In this document: in pieces, positions 8,194-16,907 of the stretch | Layout: every line of letters begins with the position of its first letter | How positions within the stretch are numbered: the stretch's first letter is position 1 | DNA from: an uncultured virus (IMG/VR IMGVR_UViG_3300010334_004649) | Lineage: Duplodnaviria > Heunggongvirae > Uroviricota > Caudoviricetes | DNA length: 20,000 bases | IMG/VR virus record: IMGVR_UViG_3300010334_004649 | Strand: one strand, 5' to 3' | The notes under the pieces: generated by a model | The model's input: the letters and a program-made list of their open reading frames with translations, nothing else | Databases searched by the model: none | What the model was told of the DNA's origin: nothing | Program-made: the position numbers and the translations under genes

Positions 8194-9869
8194 CAGGTCA
8201 CAACTATTATTTCGCCAGTGGTGGGGCTGTAGTACATGGGATAAAATCCTCCTGGTACAGTGGCTGAACTGCGTATTGGTCTAACATAGGTCCGGCATGA
8301 TACTTCACTACAAATATTAAACACTCCGCCACTGCCATTTATCACAATGGTATTTACTGGTAGACTGCACGAGCCTGCTCCACTGCCAATAGCCACAGCA
8401 TTGGCTCCCATATTAATACGTCCAGCATTTGATCCAATAGCCGTTGCATTGGCCCCTTGGTTACAGAGACCCGCCGAACTGCCAATTGCCAGTGCAAAGG
8501 GCTGTTGAATCCTATATCCTGCATGATGGCCAACGGCCACAGCGGTGTTGCCTTGATAGGCCCATCCAGCATACATACCAACAGCCACTGCAGCATAACC
8601 TTGTGTGCAGTTGCCGGCGCATGAGCCTATAGCCACTGCACACCTGCCTTGACAGCATTTGCCGGCATACGAACCAATGGCCACAGAAGAATTTCCCTGA
8701 CTACAGTAACCTGCATTCCTACCAATGGCCACAGCACAACTGGATTGGCCAAAATAGCCAGCGCTCCAACCAACAGCCACTGTGCCTGTAGACTGTCGGT
8801 AATTGGCTGCTTCATAACCAATAGCCACCGCGTGATCACATTGATATTGATATCCTGCACGGCTACCAATGGCCACCGAACAATACCGTTGTTCATAACT
8901 GCCAGCACAACTGCCAATTGCTACCGAGCAGCAGCCCTGGCAATATATGCCAGCTTCATAGCCTATGGCTATCCCACCATCACCTTGATTATATACTGCA
9001 GCATAGCATCCGATAGCAATGCTGCTGTTGCCTTGATTAGATATAAACAGTAGGTCACCACTGGGCGTTGTGCATGGCGGTGCTGTCAGGGTAACAACTC
9101 CCCCGCAGTGAATAGAAACTACTCTCTGGCCCAAACTAAACCCGTTGCCTACCACACGCATATTGTATATGATATTGTTAGTGCTTGATACTGTGATGTT
9201 ACTGCCGCAGGTTGGTCCACTGATGGTGGTTGATGCCAAACTGCCTATACCAGCACTGCTACCTATTGCAATTGAATCAGCCCCTTGGAAAATACGTCCA
9301 CTGCCATCGCCTATGGCAACTGCAGCCGTGCCTTGAAATAATGCTCCGGCCCCTACTCCAACAGCTATGGAATTTGGCCATTGATTATGGTAACCAGCAG
9401 CCGGCCCTATTGCTACTGAATTACTGTGCTGGCAGGCCTGACCAGCACTTTTACCCACTGATATTGCCATACATCCTTGGTGCATTTGGCCAGCGCAGTA
9501 TCCAATGGACACAGCAGAATAACCCTGCCCGGTAGCACCAGCGCCAAAGCCAACTGCCACGGCAAAAAAAGTCTGCCCAGTGGCACCGGCGTTTTTGCCA
9601 ATGGCAATCGCTCCGCAGCTCTGACAGGCTCCTGCACACCGTCCCAGTGCTATGCTGATTGGACCTGATTCACCAGTCTTGGCAACAAGACTGGACCAGG
9701 TAGCGCTGCCGCCACAGGTTATTGAATGCCCGCCGGGTGTGCCGCAATAGGCTCTAAGGCTTTCGGTGGTTGTGTCCCACCAAAGGTCGCCAGCATTGCC
9801 AACATAGCAGGCAGCAGGCACAGGTAAAACCTTGGTGATGAATTTTTGTGTGATGCTCATTATTGACAA
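8193..9869 (-). CDS. Cys-rich fibre/adhesin-like protein with YadA-head-like 16-aa repeats
   Basis: More than 20 repeats of QGxxAVAIGxxAG; N-terminal YVG..GDLW.D....LR...GTPGG anchor; C-terminal YY.PTTGEI; start 9869 (TTG) or 9860 (ATG). Confidence 0.85.
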   Translation of the reverse strand: MSIMSITQKFITKVLPVPAACYVGNAGDLWWDTTTESLRAYCGTPGGHSITCGGSATWSSLVAKTGESGPISIALGRCAGACQSCGAIAIGKNAGATGQTFFAVAVGFGAGATGQGYSAVSIGYCAGQMHQGCMAISVGKSAGQACQHSNSVAIGPAAGYHNQWPNSIAVGVGAGALFQGTAAVAIGDGSGRIFQGADSIAIGSSAGIGSLASTTISGPTCGSNITVSSTNNIIYNMRVVGNGFSLGQRVVSIHCGGVVTLTAPPCTTPSGDLLFISNQGNSSIAIGCYAAVYNQGDGGIAIGYEAGIYCQGCCSVAIGSCAGSYEQRYCSVAIGSRAGYQYQCDHAVAIGYEAANYRQSTGTVAVGWSAGYFGQSSCAVAIGRNAGYCSQGNSSVAIGSYAGKCCQGRCAVAIGSCAGNCTQGYAAVAVGMYAGWAYQGNTAVAVGHHAGYRIQQPFALAIGSSAGLCNQGANATAIGSNAGRINMGANAVAIGSGAGSCSLPVNTIVINGSGGVFNICSEVSCRTYVRPIRSSATVPGGFYPMYYSPTTGEIIVVT

Positions 9870-9894
9870 CCCCGGGGTATAATTTTGTATGAAT

Positions 9895-9901
9895 TATTTA
9901 T
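9895..9901 (-). promoter_or_regulatory. late-type promoter ATAAATA
   Basis: GATAAATA just upstream of the fibre gene. Confidence 0.7.
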
Positions 9902-9951
9902 CCTTTATCCGGGTCAAAGTTTGGATTTTTTTGATACAGACGTTTCAATCA

Positions 9952-10380
9952 CTATTGGTCAATGATTTCAATATGGTCTTGGACCACAGACAGTTTTACA
10001 ACCTTGCCATCAGTGATACGACAACCACCCCAACGTAGATAATCGCGCCCGCCGTCAACAAAGACGCCATTGTGCTCACGATAATCATGACGATATCTGC
10101 TGTAGATCACTTGGCCGTCGATGGCCACACCCAGGAATGGAATTGTAGCATCAATCGCATTAGCAATCATGGTATGACCATTGATGTCCTTATAGATTCC
10201 AAACCAATTGCTACCCTGAGGATGCGCCTGTTCTGTCCAAAATACCGCCACAGGATGATTGGACCATGATCCGTCGCGCAGTTTTAGACAGGTTTCACAA
10301 ACATACTTGGCTGACATTTTTTTTTCTATAATAGCAATGCCCGATGATGGGATGAAACTGCATTCTGCAAGTACCTGCAT
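9952..10380 (-). CDS. conserved phage hypothetical protein
   Basis: YSRYRHDY and FVDGGRDYLR motifs of a type seen in large phages; AGGA RBS. Confidence 0.8.
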   Translation of the reverse strand: MQVLAECSFIPSSGIAIIEKKMSAKYVCETCLKLRDGSWSNHPVAVFWTEQAHPQGSNWFGIYKDINGHTMIANAIDATIPFLGVAIDGQVIYSRYRHDYREHNGVFVDGGRDYLRWGGCRITDGKVVKLSVVQDHIEIIDQ

Positions 10381-10405
10381 ATTGGTTTTCCTAATCTAGG
10401 ATAGC

Positions 10406-10434
10406 AGTTTAGCATGGGGCATCCCATATGTCAA
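10406..10434 (-). promoter_or_regulatory. sigma70-type promoter
   Basis: TTGACA-N17-TAAACT with TG extension. Confidence 0.7.
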
Positions 10435-10490
10435 TTCCTGTCATTGGTCAGGATGACTGTTAACCATCCGCGCAGCTTCATAAATTGCGA

Positions 10491-10682
10491 TTATCTAGAC
10501 TTCATTTCTTCCTGCCTGGAAATAAAATAGTCTCGTATGATGTGCAGATTTGCCAGACGCTGCTGTGTCTCAGCAGTTGGATTTTGAATTGCTGACAGGC
10601 GAGATATAACTAGATCAACTTGATTAGTCAGTTCATACTGAAAAGCAGATACAAGTAGATAGTTCACTGATGCATTGTTCAC
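10491..10682 (-). CDS. small helical hypothetical protein
   Basis: GGAGA RBS then GTG; TAAATA box at 10705-10710. Confidence 0.65.
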   Translation of the reverse strand: MNNASVNYLLVSAFQYELTNQVDLVISRLSAIQNPTAETQQRLANLHIIRDYFISRQEEMKSR

Positions 10683-10715
10683 TGGTATCTCCCGATATGA
10701 AAAATATTTAAAATG

Positions 10716-11393
10716 CTATACAAATGTCAGCACAAACTGAGCTTGCAACTCTCTAGACCAAGGCCATGTGATTTCATGTTGCCGCTGCCAACGCCTCACC
10801 TCAGCAGATATGTTGCGACCATTGATATACCATGCACGACGACCGTCGGCCCAGGTCATGGCAGGGCCATCTACTCTATGTCTCTGGCCCAGCAACCACC
10901 ACTCGGCAGTGCCATCCACGGTGATCACTGCGGGCCCATCAGTGCGATGCAGTTGTCCGTCGACATGCCATTCTTTATCGCCATGTAGTGTGGTACAGGC
11001 AGGTCCGTCAATTCTATGTCGGCGGCCTAGGACCCACCATTCTTGTCTACCATCCGATGATGTGTATGCTGGTCCATCTAACCTATGCTGTATACCATGC
11101 AACCACCATGATTCAGTTCCACAGGGCAATATACTTGCTGGACCGTTCTCACGATGTAGTTTATCATGCACTCGCCAACTGAGAGTGCCGTCGCTGCCCT
11201 GATAAGCTGGTCCGTCTACTCTGTGCCGTTGTCCGTATTGCCACCATTCTTTACTGCCATCTGATGAAATCACAGCAGGACCATCTAACCTATGCAGCAG
11301 GTCCTGACAGCCAATAACCCAAGTCACAGTACCGTCTGGTCTTACCTTGCGTTTTGATTCTCTGCTGTTGTGTGGGCCGTTCTTCTGCACCAT
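10716..11393 (-). CDS. HRxDGPA-repeat protein (about 7 x 22-aa repeats)
   Basis: Repeats of EWW..G..HR.DGPA....DG; GAGG RBS before ATG 11393. Confidence 0.85.
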   Translation of the reverse strand: MVQKNGPHNSRESKRKVRPDGTVTWVIGCQDLLHRLDGPAVISSDGSKEWWQYGQRHRVDGPAYQGSDGTLSWRVHDKLHRENGPASILPCGTESWWLHGIQHRLDGPAYTSSDGRQEWWVLGRRHRIDGPACTTLHGDKEWHVDGQLHRTDGPAVITVDGTAEWWLLGQRHRVDGPAMTWADGRRAWYINGRNISAEVRRWQRQHEITWPWSRELQAQFVLTFV

Positions 11394-11485
11394 ACTGAAC
11401 CTCACTGCTAGCACAGAATATTTAGTTTTTTTGGCTGGCACAGTTGGTCTTCAACAGCAATGGTCGAAGATGAAACAAGCACTGT

Positions 11486-11659
11486 CTAGGGTTTGGCCAA
11501 GCCGTTGACCTCCCGCAGTTGACGCGCTATCTCACTGTGTATTCGCATGAGATTATCAACAAGATCATGTGACTCCAATCTGTGTGCAAGACAAATTAGT
11601 TTTTCTATCTTGTTGATCCTGTCAGTCCAGTCATCTATGTCTTGTGTTGTGTTGGTCAT
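11486..11659 (-). CDS. 57-aa hypothetical helical protein (not in the ORF track)
   Basis: MTNTTQDIDDWTDRINKIEKLICLAHRLESHDLVDNLMRIHSEIARQLREVNGLAKP*; fills the gap on the majority strand. Confidence 0.55.
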   Translation of the reverse strand: MTNTTQDIDDWTDRINKIEKLICLAHRLESHDLVDNLMRIHSEIARQLREVNGLAKP

Positions 11660-11996
11660 ATCTGCTCTAATCGTGATAATTTTATGAATATCGATAGCAA
11701 AAAAACCAACGATTTCAAATCAATTGATCTATCGCAATGCCTCGTTGAGGCAGCCTTTTGATCATTGGCCTATTACACGGTGTTCGTGCATAAATTTCTC
11801 CGCAAACAGCAGTCTGTGCTGCGTGATTATGTGCAATATCCAAAGTTGTAGACTGTAGTTCAGTGGTGTTGACCTGTGGCACATTTCTAGAATCACAAAT
11901 TGGTTTAATCATTGACAACAACGTGATCACAAGTTCACTTTGCTTTTGGCCAAACATCTTTGAAAATTCTATCAAGTTGCTGGATAATCTCAGGCT

Positions 11997-12239
11997 TCAC
12001 CAGCGTTCAACGTTGCGGCAGCGGAGTTGACTCAGAGGATAACCATAGGCATCATGCCCGATAAAAACATTTTCGCAGACATTTTCCCACCAGTGGCGAT
12101 GATAATCATTGTATCTATTCCAATATGGTTGGTAGTGTTGGTGATGTTCATACTGGTGGTTGTGATGATGTTCATCAGCAACTGCTTTGGTATTGACCAA
12201 CATGACAAAAAATACAGCAAGTACGATATTATTCTTCAT
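11997..12239 (-). CDS. small secreted His/Tyr-rich protein
   Basis: AAGGA RBS; Sec-type signal ending AVA; DEHHHNHQYEHHQHY; C-x18-C near the C-terminus. Confidence 0.7.
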   Translation of the reverse strand: MKNNIVLAVFFVMLVNTKAVADEHHHNHQYEHHQHYQPYWNRYNDYHRHWWENVCENVFIGHDAYGYPLSQLRCRNVERW

Positions 12240-12346
12240 GATCTATTCCTTGGTCAATTAACTGTTATAGACTAGCCTGCACAGATCACAACCACCTTTG
12301 GTCATTGATAAAACAATTCTACAGGCTAGATGATTATAACAGCGGT

Positions 12347-12625
12347 TTATGACCGAGTCAACTGGTCTTTGACATGAGTTCTATCTATTTGTACAGATGT
12401 ACCAAGACCTTTTTTCAATTCAAGACCGCCCAGCATGCCTACAAAAGCGCCAACAATTGTGCTGAAGGCCATAGCCAAAATGTTGAAAATTTCCTTGTTG
12501 TCCACTCTTGAATCGAATAGCCCTATCAACAGACAGGACATCATGACCAACATGGTCAAACACAGTGTTGAAACCACCCTCAAGAGAATGCGTGCCAACA
12601 ACTGCTGTTGAAAGTCTGGGCCCAT
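12347..12625 (-). CDS. two-TM membrane protein
   Basis: Two hydrophobic helices flanking VDNKEIF; coupled to the upstream gene. Confidence 0.75.
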   Translation of the reverse strand: MGPDFQQQLLARILLRVVSTLCLTMLVMMSCLLIGLFDSRVDNKEIFNILAMAFSTIVGAFVGMLGGLELKKGLGTSVQIDRTHVKDQLTRS

Positions 12626-13119
12626 TATTCAGCCGGTCTAAAAATGACAAACACAGTACCACCGCTCTTCATTAGCTTGCTTTGAACCTTGGCTCCGTGT
12701 CTAGCAGCAAATATCTTGCTCATGGCCTGATATAGCTTGACTCTGCTGCCAGTGCCATCTTGATTATTTGTGTGTTTCTTACCGCCCATGCCAGAAAAAG
12801 TAATGAAACTCCAAGGATGTTTGGTAAAATAATCCTCAATCACAGCGGTTATTGCTGTCAATAATTTGGGAGCAACTGAGCCCCATTGGCCAGTAACAGC
12901 ATTAGTACCATCAACTGTGAATTCTATATCATATGCCGGCAGATCAGATCTTGCCATGTCAATCTGCCGTGACCAAAAAAACGGATCAATTTTTAAAAAA
13001 ACTATCTCTATGGTAGAACCATAGAACTCAAAAGTGGCTGTGTCATAATCGGGGTATTGCTCCCAGTGTATATCACTGGGTTTGCTAGACTGTTGTTGGA
13101 AAAGTTCATGTAATCGCAT
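12625..13119 (-). CDS. hypothetical late protein with MRLHELF N-terminus
   Basis: ATG 13119 lies 5 nt after ATAAATA; contains Y.IEF.VDG..TG and SRVKLY. Confidence 0.8.
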   Translation of the reverse strand: MRLHELFQQQSSKPSDIHWEQYPDYDTATFEFYGSTIEIVFLKIDPFFWSRQIDMARSDLPAYDIEFTVDGTNAVTGQWGSVAPKLLTAITAVIEDYFTKHPWSFITFSGMGGKKHTNNQDGTGSRVKLYQAMSKIFAARHGAKVQSKLMKSGGTVFVIFRPAE

Positions 13120-13124
13120 GTGTT

Positions 13125-13131
13125 TATTTAT
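13125..13131 (-). promoter_or_regulatory. late-type promoter ATAAATA
   Basis: GCCGATAAATA-AACAC-ATG; same 11-mer as the 1108 site. Confidence 0.75.
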
Positions 13132-13360
13132 CGGCAAACCGTGACAAAAACGGATCAACTTTAAATCACCAATTCCCTGCAAAACTCTATGATCTTGATA
13201 CCACAGCGTCGCTGGCGCCATCTCTGCCGAATTAGCATAGCAGATGATATTCTAAGATCAATAGATATTATGCATGGTTGTTTTGCAAAATCAACCAACT
13301 GTTATAGGTTCCAAAATTTTTCCAAAACCTGTAGATAATGTTCAAAATTTCTAATAGATG

Positions 13361-13444
13361 TGGAGTTAGGAGTGGGATTCGAACCCACGTGCCTTTCGGT
13401 ACAGTTTTGCAGACTGTTGCTTTCGACCACTCAGCCATCCTAAC
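13361..13444 (-). tRNA. tRNA-Cys(GCA), 84 nt, long variable arm
   Basis: Acceptor GTTAGGA/TCCTAAC, U73, encoded CCA; anticodon arm ACAGT-CTGCAAA-ACTGT; T-arm GTGGG-TTCGAAT-CCCAC. Confidence 0.93.
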
Positions 13445-13473
13445 CTTGTGCTGTCTATGGTATCAGTAGCTGA

Positions 13474-13503
13474 TTAGTGTAGTTCTCATGAGAACTACAC
13501 TAA
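13474..13503. repeat. perfect 30-bp palindrome between two tRNA genes
   Basis: TTAGTGTAGTTCTCA|TGAGAACTACACTAA. Confidence 0.9.
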
Positions 13504-13511
13504 ATTTTATT

Positions 13512-13595
13512 TGGTTCGGGTGGCAGGCTTCGAACCTACAGTGCTTGCGCGGGAGATTAACAGTCTCCTGGATTTACCAATTCTCCTACACCCGA
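13512..13595 (-). tRNA. tRNA-Asn(GTT), 84 nt, long variable arm
   Basis: Acceptor TCGGGTG/CACCCGA, A73, CCA; anticodon arm GGAGA-CTGTTAA-TCTCC; T-loop TTCGAAG. Confidence 0.92.
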
Positions 13596-13604
13596 TCATA
13601 TACT

Positions 13605-13632
13605 ATTTTAAACTGCGATTTGTGCGTGTCAA
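13605..13632 (-). promoter_or_regulatory. sigma70-type promoter for the tRNA-Asn/Cys pair
   Basis: TTGACA-N16-TAAAAT, 9 nt before the tRNA 5' end. Confidence 0.65.
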
Positions 13633-13669
13633 CCAGATTGCCTGTTATTGTCAAGAGGTCACTTGTTGA

Positions 13670-13897
13670 TTAGAAGCCCATAAGGTAACGTGCCAAACCA
13701 AAGCCATAGATACTGCAAATTGTGCCGCTACAGATCACCATGCTCCATTTGCGCCATTGTAGACCTACAATAATCCAAAGACCATTAGCTGTGAGACCAA
13801 ACAGTATATTTAGAGGCCAAATATCAACAGCAGTCAACATCACACTGATCAACAGAGTGGAGGTTGCTGCCCATTCTAACCACCTTGTAGTTTGCAT
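13670..13897 (-). CDS. small three-TM membrane protein
   Basis: AAGGA RBS before ATG 13897 (alternative 13939); WAAT..LI..LTA..IWP.N..LW..VG..W pattern; TTGACA at 13979-13984 upstream. Confidence 0.75.
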   Translation of the reverse strand: MQTTRWLEWAATSTLLISVMLTAVDIWPLNILFGLTANGLWIIVGLQWRKWSMVICSGTICSIYGFGLARYLMGF

Positions 13898-14006
13898 GAA
13901 GTTTCCTTGTTGTAGTTCAATTGCCGTAATCGATTGCATTTATGTCTCACCATGTAACTATATCATGTTTTGGGTCTATGTCAACCAGATATTTTGCATG
14001 AAACTA

Positions 14007-14013
14007 ATAAATA
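14007..14013 (+). promoter_or_regulatory. late-type promoter ATAAATA
   Basis: Upstream of GGGAG RBS and ATG 14046. Confidence 0.7.
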
Positions 14014-14045
14014 TTCTGCAAGTTGACAAAACTGGGAGTTATATC

Positions 14046-14741
14046 ATGTCATTGAGACTGTTCAACAACAAATATGAACCTATGGGTGGCACTGACTATG
14101 TTGGCGGAATAGGTGATCTCTGGGTAGATCTGGTAACAGGGCTGCTGCATTTCAGCGATGGCATGAATCCCGGTGGCAACACTGTGGTTTATACCAATAA
14201 CGCCAATATTACCACAATCCCAGATGATTTGTTTGTGTATGGCACAATTTACGCAAGCCAGGGATCAGCTACCAACGGTGGCTATACATTCATCAACGAA
14301 GGCGGGGCTGATACAGGGATGTACTCGCCAGGTGATGGCGATCTAAGGTTTTACAGCCAGGGGAACCCTGCACTGCGAATACCACCTGGGGCTGGCAATG
14401 TCACAATATATGGCAGCATCTATCAAGCCTATGGCAACACACATGTTGGCACCACCTATGCATATGATGTCAGCGGACAGAAGTTGACAGTGTCAAATGG
14501 TGGTACAGTAAACTTCCCTAATTTCTCAGGATCAATTGTGGTCAATGATCAAAATGGGGGAAATGTTGAGTATTGGTTGGCAGGAGGTGGTGCAGGCGCT
14601 ACGGTTCGCATAGCCAATACACGACCATCCAACAACACTCTGACCTATAATGCAGGTCTCAGTGGTTACGTTTGGACCAACAACAGTGGCGGTACCGGCC
14701 CGTTCACCTTTGCACCTATACGCATGCGCACAGTGGCCTAG
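14046..14741 (+). CDS. fibre-like structural protein (Gly/Asn/Thr-rich)
   Basis: GGGAG RBS; N-terminal YVG.IGDLWVD....LHFSDG.NPGG anchor; beta-rich shaft DTGMYSPGDG.LRFY. Confidence 0.8.
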   Translation: MSLRLFNNKYEPMGGTDYVGGIGDLWVDLVTGLLHFSDGMNPGGNTVVYTNNANITTIPDDLFVYGTIYASQGSATNGGYTFINEGGADTGMYSPGDGDLRFYSQGNPALRIPPGAGNVTIYGSIYQAYGNTHVGTTYAYDVSGQKLTVSNGGTVNFPNFSGSIVVNDQNGGNVEYWLAGGGAGATVRIANTRPSNNTLTYNAGLSGYVWTNNSGGTGPFTFAPIRMRTVA

Positions 14742-15355
14742 CCGCAGACAAGATTTTCAGTCAGCGACTGCCAGGTGGTCATGCCTGGCCAGTCGGCTGC
14801 CCACAGCGTGACTTCATAGACACTAACACCCTTGCTGCCACTGCCACTCAAGCAACAGATGCCAGTGTCTTCGAACAATTCTCTGAAACCCCCGTCCAGA
14901 TAGCCACAAGTGTCTATGTGCAACTCACCGTACCAGCCTGGACCACCTAGGGGTAGATCTGGATCTCCAATCCAGTTCTGCTGTTGGCCGCGAGGGGCAC
15001 AGTGAGCGTTGCGGAGAAAGGGTTTCCACTGCATGTGGTCAAAATACAAGTTTGTAATCTGCCAAACATGCGGGTTGTTTTTGGTGATGGTCGGACGACG
15101 GCGGTATGGTCCATGCATCACATAATGTCGATCTTCCAGCAGCGTTTGATTTGACAGGACCCAGGCTGCAATATCGTCTGTGCACACAGCAGTGGCCCAC
15201 AGTGTCTGCAGTGTGGTGTGACATGCGGACAAGCGAGCACTGCGGATCTGTGCAGCCTTTTGCTGGCGCAGCCACCGACGACGATGGCCATTGTAGGCCG
15301 ACTGGTGTTCAAAGATCTTGCCGGTATCTGGGCACTTGTAGGCTGTGATCTTCAT
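14738..15355 (-). CDS. conserved phage hypothetical protein
   Basis: AYKCPDTGKIFE..Y..H N-terminus; H.AP.G..NW..LP.G.PGW.G; W..DWP. Confidence 0.8.
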   Translation of the reverse strand: MKITAYKCPDTGKIFEHQSAYNGHRRRWLRQQKAAQIRSARLSACHTTLQTLWATAVCTDDIAAWVLSNQTLLEDRHYVMHGPYRRRPTITKNNPHVWQITNLYFDHMQWKPFLRNAHCAPRGQQQNWIGDPDLPLGGPGWYGELHIDTCGYLDGGFRELFEDTGICCLSGSGSKGVSVYEVTLWAADWPGMTTWQSLTENLVCG

Positions 15356-15401
15356 GCAGCATGGTCCCTGCCAGGAGGTTTCACTATCATAACAGTCTGT
15401 G

Positions 15402-16295
15402 TCAAACCGTCAACCTGTATCTTGCCAAGACCGCCTGCAGGTCTGTGATCAAACTGTTCAACTCGGGTACGCGAGCGATAGCAGCATCAAGATTGCCATA
15501 ATGGTGTTCAAGACATTTCAGGAGTAGATCTTTGATAGCAGCCTCGTTTGGTTCCATTCTGAGGCTGCTAGATGCATACAATGTTTCAAGTGTGGATTCC
15601 TTCTGCTGGAACCAAGTTTCTAATTTTTCAAACGACCATTCACCTCGACGAATACTTTTCAAAATTTCGCGATCTCTTTGGAGGTCTAGATCTTGGGTCG
15701 CCAGCAGTTGTTCGCATTCGAGCGCAAGCCTAACTACATGATAGGCAAATTTGGTGTCCATACCAAATTTTTCAATGTCAGCAGCGCGCTTTGGATTTGA
15801 ACTGTTGGTTTTATTCCTGATTTTGCTCATTTGAGCATACGCATAACCTCGAAGTTTGAAGTAGCAACCTCTGTGGAAGAAAAGTTTGCGATTTTCCAGA
15901 ATGAGTTCTCCAACAGCTGTTGTGTGGATGACACAATTACGAGGCACCGATAATGAATCTAGCATATTGGGATTGTTGTCCATGCACAGTTGGAAGTATT
16001 TCACAATGCCCCAGACTGAGAAGTCCATTTCCACAGCCCGATTGGGATCCTGGATATGATGCTCGCTCCACTGTTGAAAGCGCTGAATCTGCTGGCCAAA
16101 TCCGGGAATTTCACCCGCTAGGTGCGGAAACACCTGATCCTTGGGCGGCACTGCCACACCATAGATATCCTGATCGCTGGTGTTGGTACCGACACCATAG
16201 GCTGCACTGCCCATGATCACCAACAGCACTGTGTTGTCTGGCAGCCAGCTCGGCGGGTGTATGAGATTGCGCTTGGTTAGATCCTGCAGCAGCAT
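15402..16295 (-). CDS. DNA polymerase beta superfamily nucleotidyltransferase (RlaP/YcgL-like)
   Basis: GSAAYG....SDQDIYG signature, NNPN.LD.L, K.AYH..RL, L..IRRGE; GGAGA RBS. Confidence 0.9.
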   Translation of the reverse strand: MLLQDLTKRNLIHPPSWLPDNTVLLVIMGSAAYGVGTNTSDQDIYGVAVPPKDQVFPHLAGEIPGFGQQIQRFQQWSEHHIQDPNRAVEMDFSVWGIVKYFQLCMDNNPNMLDSLSVPRNCVIHTTAVGELILENRKLFFHRGCYFKLRGYAYAQMSKIRNKTNSSNPKRAADIEKFGMDTKFAYHVVRLALECEQLLATQDLDLQRDREILKSIRRGEWSFEKLETWFQQKESTLETLYASSSLRMEPNEAAIKDLLLKCLEHHYGNLDAAIARVPELNSLITDLQAVLARYRLTV

Positions 16296-16343
16296 GTGAT
16301 GTCTCCAATTGACCTGTGCATGCTAGCAGATCTGCAGCAGTTG

Positions 16344-16589
16344 TCAACACCAGATCAGACGGAACCACACAACTGTTTCAGCTGTGACCATGTTGTCGTC
16401 AAATAGCACTCTGATACGGTTTTCACCTGGTGACCATTCAGCAAGCCAGCCTTGGCCACTGCATGAATACAGACCTTTGCCTCTGGGTCCCACGTGATCT
16501 GACAGCCAATTGCTGATCAGTACCAAATGTGTTATGGCACCAGTGATGCCACCTGTTGTAGCTGATTCGCCAATGAATACCACTGTCAA
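16344..16589 (-). CDS. small phage protein ending WFRLIWC
   Basis: ATGA overlap; NWL.DHVGP...F....WFRLIW. Confidence 0.7.
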   Translation of the reverse strand: MTVVFIGESATTGGITGAITHLVLISNWLSDHVGPRGKGLYSCSGQGWLAEWSPGENRIRVLFDDNMVTAETVVWFRLIWC

Positions 16590-16798
16590 CGGTCATATCC
16601 CCAGGTCAGCAGAAACTGCGCAGCAGATTCCCTGTCAACAAACACCACACGGCCGCCGCCGATCCATGAATAGGCGCGCCCTGCTAGATTTTCTTGACAC
16701 CAGTCTATAGCTGACAGGATATCATAGTTGCCTTTCAGTTTATGTTCAACCATCCACGGGTAGCCGCGTATTTGCCATGCTAGGTCGGCTTTTTGCAT
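16586..16798 (-). CDS. small phage protein ending AAQFLLTWG
   Basis: DWCQEN...VF.D...AAQFLLTW. Confidence 0.75.
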   Translation of the reverse strand: MQKADLAWQIRGYPWMVEHKLKGNYDILSAIDWCQENLAGRAYSWIGGGRVVFVDRESAAQFLLTWGYDR

Positions 16799-16840
16799 TC
16801 AACAGGGACCTTTGGTAGACCATCAAGATGATCACTAAAA

Positions 16841-16869
16841 TATTTAACGCAGCATTTGTCAGTTGTCAA
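16841..16869 (-). promoter_or_regulatory. sigma70-type promoter
   Basis: TTGACA-N17-TAAATA. Confidence 0.55.
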
Positions 16870-16895
16870 CTCCGCCAGTCTCTTGGATGAGAATA

Positions 16896-16902
16896 ATAAA
16901 TA
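16896..16902 (+). promoter_or_regulatory. late-type promoter ATAAATA
   Basis: ATAAATA-TCCAC-ATG. Confidence 0.75.
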
Positions 16903-16907
16903 TCCAC

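Noticed and set aside
8193..9869. Asn-to-Cys (AAY to TGY) pattern as DGR mutagenesis or genetic-code reassignment
   Set aside because: No template repeat or RT is visible; other genes use Cys at expected catalytic/zinc positions and end at normal TAA/TAG/TGA stops
11715..11975. 86-aa minus-strand ORF
   Set aside because: TTG start, weak RBS and no recognisable motif; cannot be supported, though not excluded
13722..14045. N-terminal extension of the 339-aa ORF
   Set aside because: Overlaps the opposite-strand membrane gene; promoter and RBS point to ATG 14046
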